The notes under the pieces are model-generated. The model was not told where the DNA came from. It ran no database searches and saw nothing but the letters and a program-made list of their open reading frames with translations. Positions 39,286-53,620 of a DNA stretch of 64,000 nt are shown here, piece by piece (position 1 is the first letter of the stretch; each line of letters starts with the position of its first letter). Location of the stretch: the NCBI RefSeq assembly GCF_009834535.1, contig NC_045697.1:112842001-112906000 (forward strand), given 5' to 3'. This DNA comes from Camelus ferus (lineage: Eukaryota). A program made the translations under genes and the position numbers.

Positions 39286-42164
39286 TCCTCTTTGCATAAA
39301 TAACCCTGGACAGTAAACGAAGCAAATTTATACAACATGGCAATGCTCTGTAGTGAAAGATGGACACCTTTCGTATTCTTCTTTTCTTTATCTGAACAAT
39401 AAACTTTAACTACTTTTGAAATGAAGAAAAAAATAAGTTTATAAAAGAATAGAAAATAAAAGTTTTCAAAATCTGTTGAGATGGTCTTTGAAGAAAGGGT
39501 TTCTTTTCTCATTTTTGTTTTTAGGAAAATTAGCATCGTTCTTATTTCAAATTAAATTGCTGTGAGGGTTTTAGGTAAATGTGTAATTGTCTAGAGGATG
39601 AAATTATGTCATGACCTGCTTGATTACATACCATTCAGAGTTTTGCAGATCTAATATATGCATATTTAAATACTGACGCATTTACTTATAAATACCAATA
39701 AAGATACATATTAGGAAATGTAGCATGAGGAACTGAACTAAAAAATTAACCCTGGAGGAAAATGGGATCTGATTAGCCTCTAATATGACCCACTCCTGAC
39801 ACTTACAAGGACAGTACCTACAAAGGGATACAAAAAACTACCAGACTAGAATGATGCTTTACAAAAAGGGGTGGGTGGCGGTTGGTAAAAGAATTACATT
39901 GTGTTCTCACTAAAAGATAGCTGTCAGACTCTTGATTCCGCCAGACCCCTTCTGAGACATGTGGCATCTCTACTAAAGCAGCTATTGGCAGCTCTCCCTC
40001 CATCATGAGTCTTGCTTTCTGAAGCAGCCAGTATGGATTCAAACACCCTCAGTCACTCTCAGTTTTAGCACATCTTGTTGGTAATTGTGTGCATCTTGTT
40101 GATAATTATATTTCCCAGAAAACAAAAAGGCAGACTAACAGAGAAATGGCTATTTAATTATAGAAGAGATAAGGCACAAGAGCCTTTGTACAGCAGGTTG
40201 TGATGATTTTGTTTTTTCATTTACATCATCCATTTATAAGGTCTAGGAGAACACCTCCTAGTTATCCAACTGCTAAGACAGCAAGGAGCTACATCCTCCA
40301 CCAACCATCCAGTGAAATTCAAGGGGAAGGATTCAACGAGCAAATGAGTGAACCCAGAAGGAATGAAGTCAAGATTATCTCACAGTTTTCCCATTGACAC
40401 ACCAGGTCTGCCTGGCTCTCCTCTCATTCAATGATTAATGAACAGAAACGAAAACACACTTCTAATTGCCAGGTACTCCTATAAGATAAGAGAAAGAAAA
40501 CACTTGGAGATTCATAAGAAAAATAGAACCATTACGGTGACTGGCATCCAGAAGTAGAACTTTTGTCTTTCTTCTTAGCAATTATATCACCAGCTCCTAA
40601 AACATTTGTGTGACTCAGTGGACCTTCCATAAATATTCATTGAATTAATGAATAAACCATTTCAAAAAGTATTCCACATTCTCAGTGGGTAATAAGAGGT
40701 CTTTAAGTCTATAAAGCATAAATGTAAAGCTATACTGAGAATAAACTGAGACCAGAAAAAAAAAAGGGAAACATACAAACTAAATGCAATTGAAGGAGTA
40801 ATAGATGATAGATACAAATAATGCTTCCATTATATATGAATAAATACTCATTCTCAGTCTGTAACTTTTATTTTAACTTTATTTTTTAACGTATAGAAAT
40901 ACTAAAATGTATATAGTAGAATCTCTGTTTCTCTCGCTCTCTTCTTGTTCTTTCTGGTTTCTAGTTTTTCTTTCTAACTTAGAAAGACACGTATCATTAA
41001 AAGTTTTTTTCCACTTCTTTTATAGTTTTTAAGGTAAATCTTTCTAACCCAGTTGAAATTTATGATTATGTATGAGGAGAGATTTGTGTATAATGAATGA
41101 CATTTAAACAGATAAACTGTAACTCATCATAGGTGACTCCTGCTTCTCTTAATAACTAATTTGGATCATTACTCCCACCAAAAAACAATTAGAAATGCTA
41201 AAAGAATTATTTTAAAAATCATCTTTGGTGCAAGAATTTGGAGAATTAACATGAAAGGGATGGAATAGCAGGCAAAGACCCAGAGGGTTGACACCTAGTG
41301 AGGGGAGCTTGGCATTTGGCGCTACTTTTCCCTGTGCAGGGAAAGAGCTATAGAGGTATTTAGCAATTTCAGAAATGGCCAAGCAGCTGATCATCTGGGA
41401 GGCCAGGGCCCCCTAGTCAGGGACCTGGTAAACACCTGCCCCCCCCCACTCTGGTGGCCCTTCAAGGCTGACCCCACGGATTAACTGTGAGCAGAAAGTA
41501 GACATGCCTCACAGCAGGTGCAGCTTGTGTCAAATCGTTTCAACACCTGGAACAAAATTAATGAGATTCTGGATTACTAGTGACACGAGGTGCCTGGAAT
41601 GAGCAATGCTGAATTCTCGCTTTGGCTCAAATTATTTCTAAAAAGGAGTCTCAGGACTACAATGTCCAACAACAAAGCTAACCATGCAACCAAAGAACAA
41701 GATGATAAAACTAGAGCCACGTCAGGGTTCAGTCAGAAAGACTGCAGCTGGACCTGGATGTGTCCCCGGCATAGAGCATTTCATATAAGCACTGGAGGCT
41801 TCCAGCAACCCTGGGAGATCGGAGGAGCTGCAGATCACAGAGTTACCATGAGAAATTACTGCACTCAGCCAGAAGCACCAATGGAAGAGTTCTCCAAAGC
41901 TTTCCAAAAGCTGCTGCAATTCTCTGGAAATTCTCAGAAGCTCCCACTAATACCACAGTCTGCAGAAGAGAAATGGGTGGATCTCAACGGCTCATCGGAG
42001 AGCCGCTGTGACCCTCAGACCAGCCCACAGATCAGCTACAAAAGCCTCTGACAAAGTATGGCTTCTCCCTTCTTCCCTCCAAACACTTCCAAGAGTCTGT
42101 CCCCAAGGAGTGTGCAGGGAAAGGGACCTTGAGATCATGTTCTTGGGCTGATTTTCTTGGCTTC

Positions 42165-43290
42165 TAGAAAATACATAGAAACATGAGAGAATTTCTTAAT
42201 GAATTCAGAAGAGTGAAAGAATTTTACACTCTGATACAGAGACCACTGACCATAAAAGAAAAGATGAAGTGATCAGACTGAAATGAAATGAAGAAACTGC
42301 TCATCACACGACACCATTGATGGAGTACAAAGGCAAGCTGTGGAGTAGGAAAAGATTTTAAACACACATAGCAGACAAAGATTTATATAAAGACCTGTGA
42401 TTCACTAAGGGGGCAAAAAATCAACCTGACAGCCCAAGAGAAAAATGGTAGTTAAAGGCACGTCATAAAAGAAAATATCCAAATAGTTAATCAACATATG
42501 AAAGATGTTCAAGCTAATGAGTAATCAAAGAAATGCACATTTAAAGCATAAAGAGATACTATTACATAGATACTAGAAGGGCTACAATTTAAAAGGCTTA
42601 AAATACTTAGTGCTGGAGAGAATAAGGAACACGGGCAGCGGGTGGAGGGAGGGTTAACTGAAACAACCACTTGGGGCATTATCTCCGAAAATTGAAAATT
42701 CATAAACCTTATGACTGAGCATTTCCAGCCAATTATATATACAAATAGAAATGTGTGCACATTTACACCAAGATTCATACAAAAATCTTTATAGCACTGT
42801 TATTTTTAGTAGTGCAAAACTTAACCCAAATCTCCAAATAAAATAGGTAAAGAAATTATGGCATGCTTATAAAATGGAACACAATACAGCAATGAAAATG
42901 AATGAGCTTGCTTCTACAGGCAAAAAATTAATCTTAAAATTAAAAATTAAGATTAACCTTAATCTTAAAAAATTACAGTGTTGTGAGACCAGTCATAAAA
43001 TAATGCATCTTGCATAGTTCTGTTTACATAAGGTTTCAAAACAGGCAAAGTTGGAAGTAGTTGTTAGGACTACACAGATAGATGCTGAAAACATTTTTCC
43101 AAAGAAAGAAGATATTCTCATAAAAGACAAAATAATGATTCTCTTTATGTGGGAAAAAGGTGTAGGTGACTGAAGGCTGCTTCTAAAGTGGATGCAGTAT
43201 TCTGTGTCTGGACCTGATTTGTTTTGTGATAACTCATTGAGATTTCTAGCTAATTTGGGTGACTCTTCCTGCATATTTTACTGCCAAAAA
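42165..43290 (+). mobile_element. Ancient L1ME/L1MC-like 3' region
   Basis: accataaaagaaaagat...catatgaaagatgttca...tacagcaatgaaaatgaatgagct...aaaacaggcaaa. Confidence 0.7.
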
Positions 43291-44249
43291 GAAGGCACAT
43301 TATGGGGCTTTCACACTATCCTTTACAATTCAAAGGAAAAATAATAAAGGAGCCTTGCTTCTAAAAGATTTGGTTTTGACTTTCAGAGCTGTTCACCCAA
43401 GCCATCCTTGTGTTTTCAACTCACCCTCGGTGCTCCGCTGACGCCACCTTCCCGTGGGAACAAAGTTGCTGTCCGCCTGCCTCTGATGTGGCTTCTTTCC
43501 CATGTGTGTCTGGCAGGCCTTGGTCTCCCCCAAAGACCACCTCATTTGTTACATATAAGCGCTCACCTTTTTCTGCCCATTCTGCCTCCATCTTCCGCTC
43601 TTCCTAAGTGGAGCCAGCCACTTCGTGGTGCTGTTCTCTGCAGTATGCGTGAGCCTGTATCATCAAACAGGAAACACATGAATTGCTGGCGTATCTGCTT
43701 CACTTAGGTTGTATCCATTGTTCACGGCAGGTGCTGACTACATCTCACTGATCCTCCGTTACTAGCACGTAGCTCACTGCCCCACTGAGATTAGGCTCCA
43801 GCAGTTTCATCGAATGTAATTCACTAGTTCCTTGTCAACCTGGTAGTGAACTGGTGAACTCTGGGTTTGTTTGGCATATACTCCAAAAACTGTAGTCAGG
43901 TGTCTCCAAATTATGGTTGTTTATACCACCTGGTGATGTAACAATATCATGGTCAATTGGTCTTATATTTATGTCAGATAAATAGCCTGATTCAATCTCT
44001 AAAGCACCCCTGGTGTTTTTAACTAGAAGTATTTGGCTTACAGGGATCGTGTGTGTTTATTCTAACACAGGGCCTCCAAAAATAAAAGAGCAGAGTCATA
44101 AAAAATTACCTTTCCATCAAATTTTAAAGTTTTTAAAATTTATAAAACCGTACAGTTTATACAACCGTAGCAGAATATCCTAAAGCCAACAAAGACTTCC
44201 GCACGAATTCGCCATTGCTCCAGGGGCTTCTTACATAGTCTTATTTGAA

Positions 44250-46200
44250 GTTTAAGGCACGTGTGTGCATTTTGATGTCCGTAAATGTTTTAGGATCCAG
44301 TCAGTAGAATGTTGTTTTCATCTTCTGATTGATGGGGCATGGCTGATGCTGGTCAAGCCTACAGTTGGAACACATAGGTAATGATGAAAAAGTCTGGTAC
44401 TTTTCTCTTGCTGGCCAGTGGGTGGTAGCAGCCAGTGGCTTAGCCATGTGTTCAGCGAGGAGCACGTGACTCGGTCCCTGCAGCCCTGCTTCTGGTCACC
44501 CCCCCACCCCACCCGTTTTCGATCAGAACCTCTGTGCACAGTCACACTGGTGGGTTTTCTAAAAAGTATTTTGCACTGGACAAACTAACTGGCTTTAAGA
44601 AAAAAAAAATAGTGTTGTACAATTCTTTTTTTTTTTTTTTTTTTTGGCTTATAAAACTTACTTGCATATTATTTTAATCTCCAGAGATTAAAAATGACAG
44701 GGCACTGTATGTATACAAGCCAAAAATGGTCCCTCCTCTCAAAAACCTTGGAGTTCTTAGAGCCGTGTAACAGGAGGCTTCCAAAAATCCAGGGCTTTGT
44801 GGTTTTCGTGTCATTTCTATTTACCAGTTTAACAGTAGCACTTTAAACTGTTTTTAAATGATGATTTTAAAATGGGAACATGTAACCGTGGTTAGAAACA
44901 GGAAGTATAAAGCAGAACCTTGAAGTCTCTGAAAATAGGCCAAAAAAGAAAAGTCTGTAAATTCTGTCTTGTGACATGGCGTCTGTCCTGTGATTCCTCT
45001 GCTCCTTGAAATTAAACTTGACAGTGAGAGCAGGTGGATAGAGGCTCAACCCATTCAGTGAAAGGAAGCCTGCATGGACCCAGGAGGAAGGGATGGATGG
45101 TTGCCCTTTAAAATCAGTGTTTTGTATTTATGGAGATGCAGGTGGTCTAAATCCCAATGTGTACTTCTTTGACAAATTCCTGATAATAAATTCCTTAAAT
45201 AACCACTTTACGGAAGCAGGTACACAGAACTGGCACAAAAAATCAAGAGGGTTTTATTTTGGTGTGTTGGGTGGGGAGGAGGGGGCTGTGCGCACGTGCT
45301 TGTACGCACGCATGCGTGCAACTCAAAAAGAGGAAGAATTGGTTAGGAGCAATAAAATAAAAAACACTTTTTTTAATGCTGAAAATTTTTGTTTAAAATC
45401 AGTTTGAGAATCACCCACACGATGAAAATAGAAATAGAAAAATATCATAAAGCTGTGTATTACAGTAGCCAAAACTTTATCAAAGTAACGCTACCAAATG
45501 ACGTATTTTATGGTTTTCAGAAGGCTCGGGGACAAATGGTTCAGATGCTCTGGTTCGCCTCGTTCATTAGAACTAGATAGATGAGGAGATATTAATGCCT
45601 TGGACCATTTATTGATACTGGTTCTCAGGATTCAGCAACGACGACGTGAATAAGGCTCAAGAGTAAGTTAAGTGAAATAAGACATTTTAACTCCCTGTGT
45701 GAGGCTGCAGCGAGCATGTTTGCATGCGCCGTATTATACGTGAGAGTTTGCCTGGAGGGGCGTGGAGGTGTCACCCACACGCACCCACTCGACACCGGAC
45801 AGCCCCCCTCCTCCCTCTCCCCCTCCCCCCGGCATTCATTTAAAAACCCTCCCTCCGAGAGATTGCCTCGGTATGCCCAATGCAGCACCAAAACTGATAA
45901 CTTTTACCTATTGAAAAGCGATCTAAGATGTTTTTAGAAAGATTTATAATAAAATGCAAAGTGGCTTTGAGCGTTTACTCTAGAACACAGATTTATTCTC
46001 TCTCTGGCAGGGGCGTCAGTGGTCAGAGTTTTCTAGCTAGTTTGCACCATTTTTTCCCCCGTGGGAAAAGAAAAATCACAATGAAGGGGAAAAGGGTGGA
46101 TAAGGGGATGAATTCGCACTTCACCTTCATAACCTTCAAGCACACGGCTGGCTTGTCTAACAGGGTTTTTTTCTTTAAATGTTGCACGTGCTCAAGCAGT
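44250..46200. promoter_or_regulatory. Repeat-free candidate intronic enhancer/promoter
   Basis: Four CACGTG E-boxes, NRF1-like and SP/KLF motifs, raised CpG; function is inferred only. Confidence 0.35.
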
Positions 46201-46693
46201 ACTTCCAGGGAACCCTGAATGTTTTTGTCACACATGCAAAAATGTTTGTAATGAAATAAAATGATAGTGTGAGTGGAGGAATTTGGTTAGTTGTCTTTCC
46301 TGCCTGAAAATGCGCTTTGAAGAGGATTTCTTTGAGGCAGAAGGACCGGTCGGTTGCTCTAAGTCCCCTCCCCCACCCCACCCACCCCATCACCCGAGTG
46401 TCTATACTTCTTAGAACAGACTGCAGCCAGCCACGTTCTCCCCCAGAGCAGATTCCTGTTTTGGCAACATTTTGAGCATCTCTGTTCAGTTATATTCTTG
46501 ACAGAAGCTTTTAAGCAACTTAAACACATTGTAATTTGTATCCATATAGTTACTTTTGTCTGTATTCCTAAATATTCTGATATCAAGAGTGACATGGGAT
46601 TTTCCTGTGTCCCCAGACGTATAGTGGAATCAGCTCTCTTTCGTTCTGCAGAATGTCCTGAAACGGCCGGGATCAGGACCAGAGCATCCTGAT

Positions 46694-46949
46694 CAGGCTG
46701 CATCGTGACTTCCTTGAGCCCAAAGGACCGCTGCCTTTGGTGCTTCTCCTTACTCCTCCCAAAATTTAAACTTGTTCTTTATGACCATGTTAGTATAAAA
46801 ACAGATACCGTCTAGTCTGGATTCATTGTTATGCCTTTATTTTTATTAATTTTAAAGAAACGAAAATCAAAACATTTTGATGAGCCTTTAAACATATCAC
46901 AGGTCTTAAGCCCTGTGCCTCCTGTACCTTACTGGATAAAGTGACCCTG
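46694..46949 (-). mobile_element. ORSL-like hAT-Tip100 transposon
   Basis: cagg...ctggattcattgttat...aaaacattttgatgagcc...tgtgcctcctgtaccttactggataaagtgaccctg. Confidence 0.6.
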
Positions 46950-47861
46950 CAGGTGGAATGTGTCTTTATGCCATCAGGTTAGGAGTCTGAACTGGGATTT
47001 TTAGATTCAGGTCACCGCCATGTGGGATTTGGTTTATTCATAACGATGTCTGAGGACTCCTTAGTTGTCTGGAGGTGTGACCCCCCCCCCTTCTCCAAAG
47101 AGAACATTTTACTTTAATCTATTCTACATTTAGGAGTCCATGGTAATATTTAATTTGGAAAAAGGAGCCTTACTTCTTTCAAAAAAAAATTGAAAATCAT
47201 TGATGCAGAATCTAGATGTTAAGAACTAGAAGTCAGTTGCTGTATTTCAAAGTGTCTTTTAATTAACTTGATCTTTTGTGCACGTCTTGGAATTTGCCAA
47301 GCAGTGTGTGCCCAGTGAAAGCTCCATGTACCTGTGACTACTGAGTTCGGGAGTGCAGTACTGTCTAACCCGGGAGGGACAGACAGAGTTGGTGATACAC
47401 AAGTTCATTGTTTTAAACTCCTTATTCTTTGACTTATTAAACAAAACATTTGTGTCAGATTTGTTCAGCTTCGTAAGTGCCTTTGAATTTTATTGTCTGT
47501 GAACTAAGGTAGAGGAACTTTCTGTTGCTTTCTTTTTCAGCGTCCAGTCCCCAGTTAAGACCATGCAAATCCCTGCATCACAGCTGATTGCATTTGTCAG
47601 CTGTTTGGTGTTTTTGTCAGTTATCTTTTTTTTTTAACTACTCTATTTTGGCAAGTACCTTGCAGCCTTGACTTAGCTGTCTCATCAGCTTAAAGTTCTG
47701 ATGAGCAGTCTCATAGCAAGAGATTATCAGAAGAGATAAAAGAAGCAGCGTGGAAGATAGGGTCATAAAGATGAAAGGCTAAGGATTTTTAGCTTCTCTT
47801 AATTTTAATGCGCTTGAGATTTACTGCTGAATGGAAGATGATGGCTGTCAACGTGAGCATG

Positions 47862-48690
47862 TGTGACACTGTGATTTTTAATGGGTATATCTTTGGTTTT
47901 TATCCCTGGCTCTGGCACAGAGCTTGAGACCCTTGGAATTTCCTAGGGGGTAAGAGCGATAAAGGTGTGTTGATATTGACAAGCCCCTTCGCACCACTGC
48001 TGGGTTTCTGTTAATGCGGTGACTTTGGACAGCACCTTATGGGGACTGGTTGCCAGGGAAACCAGCCAGGAATAGAGGATTGGCACTTTCAGTCCCACCT
48101 CCTGACCTCTGAGCGGGGAGGCGGTGGGGTGGGTGTCAGGGTCTGGAGGTTGAATCAGTCACCATTGGCCAGTGATTTAATCAACTGGGCCTCTGTAATA
48201 AAGCCTCTGTAAAGACCCACAAGGAGGGGTTCAGAGAGCGCGCGGGCAGGGGAGCCAGCACCCTTGCTGTGAACCACCCTGCCGGGCCCCAAATTTCACA
48301 ACGACAGAAGCTCCTGTGTTTGGGACCTCGCCTGACATATGTCTACAGCTGGCTGTTGATCTGTATCCTTTATATCCTTCGTAAGAAGCTGCTGGTCTAG
48401 TGAGTACACAGGTTTCCTGAGTTCTGTGAGCCCCTCTAGCAAATAAATTGAATCCAAGGAGGAGTTAGTGGGAACCTCTGATTTGTAGCCAGTCAGAAGC
48501 ACAGGCAACAACACGGACTTTTGATTGGCATCTGAAGTGAGGGTGGTCTTGTTGGACCAGTTCCTTCGCCGCTGGTCTCTGGTGCTCTCTGGATATTGTC
48601 AGAATTGAGTTGAGTTATAGGACATCCAGCTTGTGTCAGAGAATTGCACCCACTCCCCAGCCACACGCACATATTGGAATTGGGTCTGGC
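47862..48690 (+). mobile_element. MER21-like solo LTR
   Basis: tgtgacactgtgatt...ctggcacagagct...cccttggaatttcct...ctggttgccagggaaacc...ttcctgagttctgtgagcc...ttggcatctgaagtg. Confidence 0.8.
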
Positions 48691-49244
48691 ACCTTTAGCC
48701 AGACCCATAATATATATAATTGGTATATATTAAAATCAGGAGGCTTTAGAAGAGATCCGGGGACACAGGGTGTTGAGGGAAGACTGGCCGGGAGAGAGGC
48801 GAGCCTGGTTCTGCCACTGACTGTGCTCTCCTGCGTTAGTCATTGTGCTTCCACAAGCCTCCACTTCCTTGCCTGCAAAATCCGTTATCAGCAAAGATGA
48901 AAATCAGATGATTCGAGGCGAGCAATGCTGCAGACAGGATGATCTGAGACTACTCTTAATATTAAAACGTAGGAACACTAGGTGAATAATAGCAAATGTC
49001 CTTACCCATACTTAGCTGTGTGAGCAAGACGGTAGGAGAAATCTCCAGGAATCAGAAAGGAAGAGGAAACCAGTAGGAGGCTGGCTGAGAGCTGACAGGT
49101 GGCTGCCCTGGGAGCTGGTCCCTGTGACCACCGAGAGGGTGTCCACGTCTGCTCAGGAAAGGAGACAGGTGACAGCCATGTGGGATGTGGAGCTGAACTC
49201 CTCCACTCCTACCTTTTAAACAAAACGGGGTGGGGGGGGCTCTT

Positions 49245-49484
49245 TTTTAAATTGGCAGTTTGAGATTTTCAGATACTAATTGCTCTATATAAAATAGATA
49301 AACAAGTTTCTTCTGTATAGCACAGGGATATTCAATATCTGGTAGTAACCTATAATGAGAAAGAATAGGAAAAGGAATATGCATATATATGTATATCTGA
49401 AACATTATGTTGTACACCAGAAATTGACACAACATTGTAAACTGACTATACTTCAATTTAAAAAAAAAGTGAGAGAAAAAAAAA
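49245..49484 (+). mobile_element. Young L1 3' end with A-tail
   Basis: Very similar to the copy at 20844-21143 (tgtatagcacaggga...accagaaattgacacaacattgtaa). Confidence 0.85.
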
Positions 49485-49489
49485 GAACA

Positions 49490-52400
49490 CCAAATAATGA
49501 CTCTTAAAAAAACCAAAAGCTTTGAAAACCCAGTACCTCTGGAGCAACGCTGCAGGAAATGTTGAGGAAAGTCCTACAGGCAGAAGAAATATAATTCACA
49601 AAAAAACCTTAGATCTTTGCAGAGAAATGAAAGTCGCCATAAATGTTAAACTATTGATTAATAAAAAAAATCCATTGTCCTTACGTTTATTTGCTTTAAA
49701 TAAAACAATTGGCCCTCTAAGGCAAACATTTTAAAAAGAGGGGCCTCTTTAAAATGCATCTCAGGGAGAGAATCTACTAGGAAGAAGAAAAAAAAAAAAT
49801 CCAGCCAGCCACACAGAGAGAGAAAAAGGGAGAAGCTTGTCTTTTTTTCTGACCTGAATTCTGTGTAAACAAGAAAGAAAAAGTTCTCTGAGAAATTTAA
49901 TCACAGATCTGTTGTACTTTCCAGTTGGAGACTCGAATTTGTCTTTATCTGCATAAGCCAGGATCCCTTAAATTAAGAAACTTTTTTGTTCCAGGCCAGT
50001 GTTAACCCCAGACAAATAAACCCAGTCCCTCCGAAAGGGTGTCCCTCACTGAAGGATGCACAGGTTTCCCCAGGCAACAACCTGCAGAAGGTGGGCTCAC
50101 AGTCAGACTTTAAAAAGACCCAAGGAAACACTCACCTGAGGAAGAAGCCGTACCAGCGAAGGACAGGATTACGTCCCCAAGAACTCCAAGTACTTGAACA
50201 AATCAAATGGAATTTTTTTCCACTGGTGTATTTACAATGATTAGAGGTACAAAAGAAGGATCCACAAATAAGAAAATACCATGAAACCATGAAAAAAATG
50301 GGTTTGGAAAAAATATTAGAAGTGCTGAACAGGAAGAATAAAGTCAATGTATTTTTTAAAAACTTAAAAACTGATTAAACACAAGATCAGACACAGCTCA
50401 AGAGCAAACTGGAAGATTGGTTACCTACGGTTACATGTGTTTTTTTAACTTCACTTTTTAAAATTATACTCAAAATATTTTATTTAACGTATAAACAGAA
50501 AGGGGCAAAGTAATGTGGGGAGGAGAAAGGAGACAATCACAACGAAATACTGGAAGTTGGAAAAGCGAGGAGTAACTGAGCAGGCAGGAGAGCTGTGTGT
50601 GTCTTGCTAAGTGTAACCAAGAAAACTAAAATCCGGCCAGTTGCTCAGAAGCAAGAAGAAAGCTGTTTCATGCAATAGAACTCCAGGAGTTAGAAATGAC
50701 TGGAACTTTGAAAATGGGGTTTAGAATGGCCTGAATAAGAAGAAACTGGGTTGAAAATGCATATGAGAAACAGAAAGTCATGTAGATCTTCCCCAGGCCC
50801 CGGGAGTCTGGACGACTGTCCCCTCCCAACCTTGGCAGAACACAAAATGATTCTGGACTTAGGAATACAGGCTCAGCTCAGGGTGGGGTTACTGATGTGA
50901 AATGGTTTAAGTGTAAGTCGGCATCCTCAGTGGTCACTCCTCTCTCCTCTCTTGGTCCAGAATTCTGGCCTCAACTATATGACTTATGGCTGGAGTTGTC
51001 AGGATTTCTTTTCTTTTCCTTTTTTTCTTTTCTTTTTTTTTTTTTTTTTTTTTTTTTTTTGGTAAGAAACTGAGAGAGCAGAGAAAATAGCAGAAGATAC
51101 TGAGCTGAGGAAGTTCCCTCTCAAAGCACTTCAGGCTGAGCACCCTAGAGTGAAGACCATCTGTTAACTGGCCCTAGATACACATACAGAATTTCTAACC
51201 AGCTTTTTAGTGACTTATTCTCAAATATGAACCAGTTTCCAAGGATCAAAGAAACAGAGCCAATGACAAGAGCAGGAGGAAACTTTTAAAATACATTACT
51301 CCAGAGAGAGAAAAGATGTGTCTTTGACACCAAACAGGTAACTTTTTTTAAACAAAAAGAAAGAATCAGTGAGTAGAAAAGAGTGCTTGGATATTATAAA
51401 TATGAGAGGAGAAATAAAAAGTAATTTAAAAGTTCGGAAGAAGGTCTTGAGAAAAAGTTCAAGAAAGCACAACAAAAAGACAAATAAAATAGAAAAGATA
51501 TTTAAGAGAGCTTCAATATCCAGATAATAAGAGCTCTGGTTGTGAGAATGGAAAAAAAAAAAAGTGAGTTAAAATTACCAAGAAAATAATTCAAGAAAAC
51601 ATCCCCAACCAGAAAAGCATGTGTTTCCAGGTTTACTGGACCAAGTGAGTGCCCAACAATAGCCTACACATCCCCAAATAAATGATTTTTGTTTGAAGAA
51701 TCAAGAATCAGAGAATCAGAATGGCCTCTAACTTTTCAATTATAACACCAGATTCTCAGTGGAAAAGGGGTGCAATTATTTCAAAATTTTGAAATAAAAT
51801 ATGTTACGTGTAATCTAGAATTTTATGTCCTGCCAAGCAATCTGTTGAATGGCAAGATAGAATAAAATTATTTTCAGAAATGAAAGTCTCAAAATTTACA
51901 GCTCATTCTGTGGTGCCTACTGAAATCTGTATTCCTTGCAAACAAAGTCTACAATCTGGAAAAGTGAAGGCTTTAGATTCAGGAAAAGGGGCTTCCAAAG
52001 TGGGAGACACATGAGGGGAATCGTGTCTAGTGGTAGCAGGAAGTTAGTGTAGTGTGTGACTTAAGGTTTGCATAGCCAAAGTTATTATGCAATTAGGGGA
52101 ATAGAAAGAAGAAAGGATATGTGGATGGGGGATGTATTAGGGGAGAATTGTAAGAAAGCAAAATGTCTTAATTTCCATAGTAGGGAGTCAGTAAATAACA
52201 TCCAAATTAAAAAAAAAAAAAAAAGTAGTAACAAAGTCAATCATAATACAAATATTGTTTAGCAATACAAGGGTAAATTCCAAAAGAAATACCTCAGTGA
52301 GCTGAAAATGGTTCATCTGCAGAGGAAGAATTAGTCAAAAAGTGACATGTACACTTGGAATTCCATAATGATAGGTGAGAAAAGTGGGGAAGACTAACTT

Positions 52401-53620
52401 TACGAAATTCATAAAAATCATGAATCCTTAGATTTAGGAAGGTCAATGTCTCTCGAGGCAAAATCCAGACTGCAGAAGGTAGTGAATGCAGAACACCAAA
52501 GACAATAGGGAAGAGGAAAATAGAGCAAAGACAGTTAACAAATAAACTAATACCATATTTTTTTCAGGAAAAGAATACAATCCAGAAGCAAATGGAGTAT
52601 TAGTATGTAAAGACTTAAAAGAAAACCCTATCAGTCTAGAATTATATACTTGGCCAAATTATCTGTCAAGAGAAAGGAGAAGCCCTGATGGAATTTACTA
52701 CAGATCTTTGCAAAAAGAACTAGGAAATTTACTTATTCAAGAAGAAAATTTGGTACAAAATGCCACAAGACCCAAGAAGAAATGATAATTGAATAAATTA
52801 GTAAATGTATGCGTAGAGCTGAAGAAATATAACAATAATAATGATTGACTTAAGGGCTTTTAACAACAAGGTGGAATGGAAGAATTGGGGAACCAAAATT
52901 AGTGAGATGAAAAGGGATGATAAACATTTAGCAAGAGGTCAGAGAATGCATGTTAAAAATTTAAGAGTAAACTTAAAAAATAAAAATAGAATATGTGACT
53001 TCCAAACTCATATAGAGGGAGGTGAAAAAGGGATATAGAAATAGAGTAAACTTAATTAATATGATATTAAGCAGAAAAGAAGAAAGAGGCAAAAGAAAAA
53101 CCAAGCGTTGTAAATATAAAGTAGATTAAAAGATAATAGAAATAAATAGAAATTCACTATGTAACTAATCACAATTAATATATATGAACTACACTTGATA
53201 TTTAATGAGAGATATTATAAAATTGACTCAAAAAAAGCAAAATTAAGCTGTTGGGGTTTACAAGAGACATGTCTAAAGTCAAAGACACAGAATGATTGGA
53301 AGTAAATAGGAAAAATAGATGATAGGAAAATAAATGGCAAAAGAAAGTTGGGGCTGATATATTACTATGAGACAATATGACTTTATGAGATGGGGAACAC
53401 TGTATAAGAGAGGGAACGAGTCACCCTGAAGTTATATTAATTCTAAACTTGTATGTGCCAATAACTGTTAAAAATATAAGGAGGAAAAGTATGATAATTT
53501 GAAATATAAATAGAGAAATTTACATTTAAAAGTTTAATGCATCTCTCTTGGTATTTGCTAAATCCAGCAAACAAAATTTACAATGTAAGCAAGATACAAA
53601 CAATGGAATCAGCATCTTTT
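49490..53620 (+). mobile_element. Ancient L1M 5'/ORF1/early ORF2 remnants, several pieces
   Basis: Strongly A-rich; motifs such as ctagaattttatgtcctgccaa and ctagaattatatacttggccaaattatc. Confidence 0.5.

Noticed and set aside
41590..42051. 153-aa + strand ORF
   Set aside because: Non-ATG start, no recognisable domain, and it probably overlaps an ancient LTR remnant (about 41715-42150) that I could not assign.
49727..49756. Short AT-rich hairpin cattttaaaaagagg...cctctttaaaatg
   Set aside because: Too short and imperfect to support a terminator or ncRNA call.
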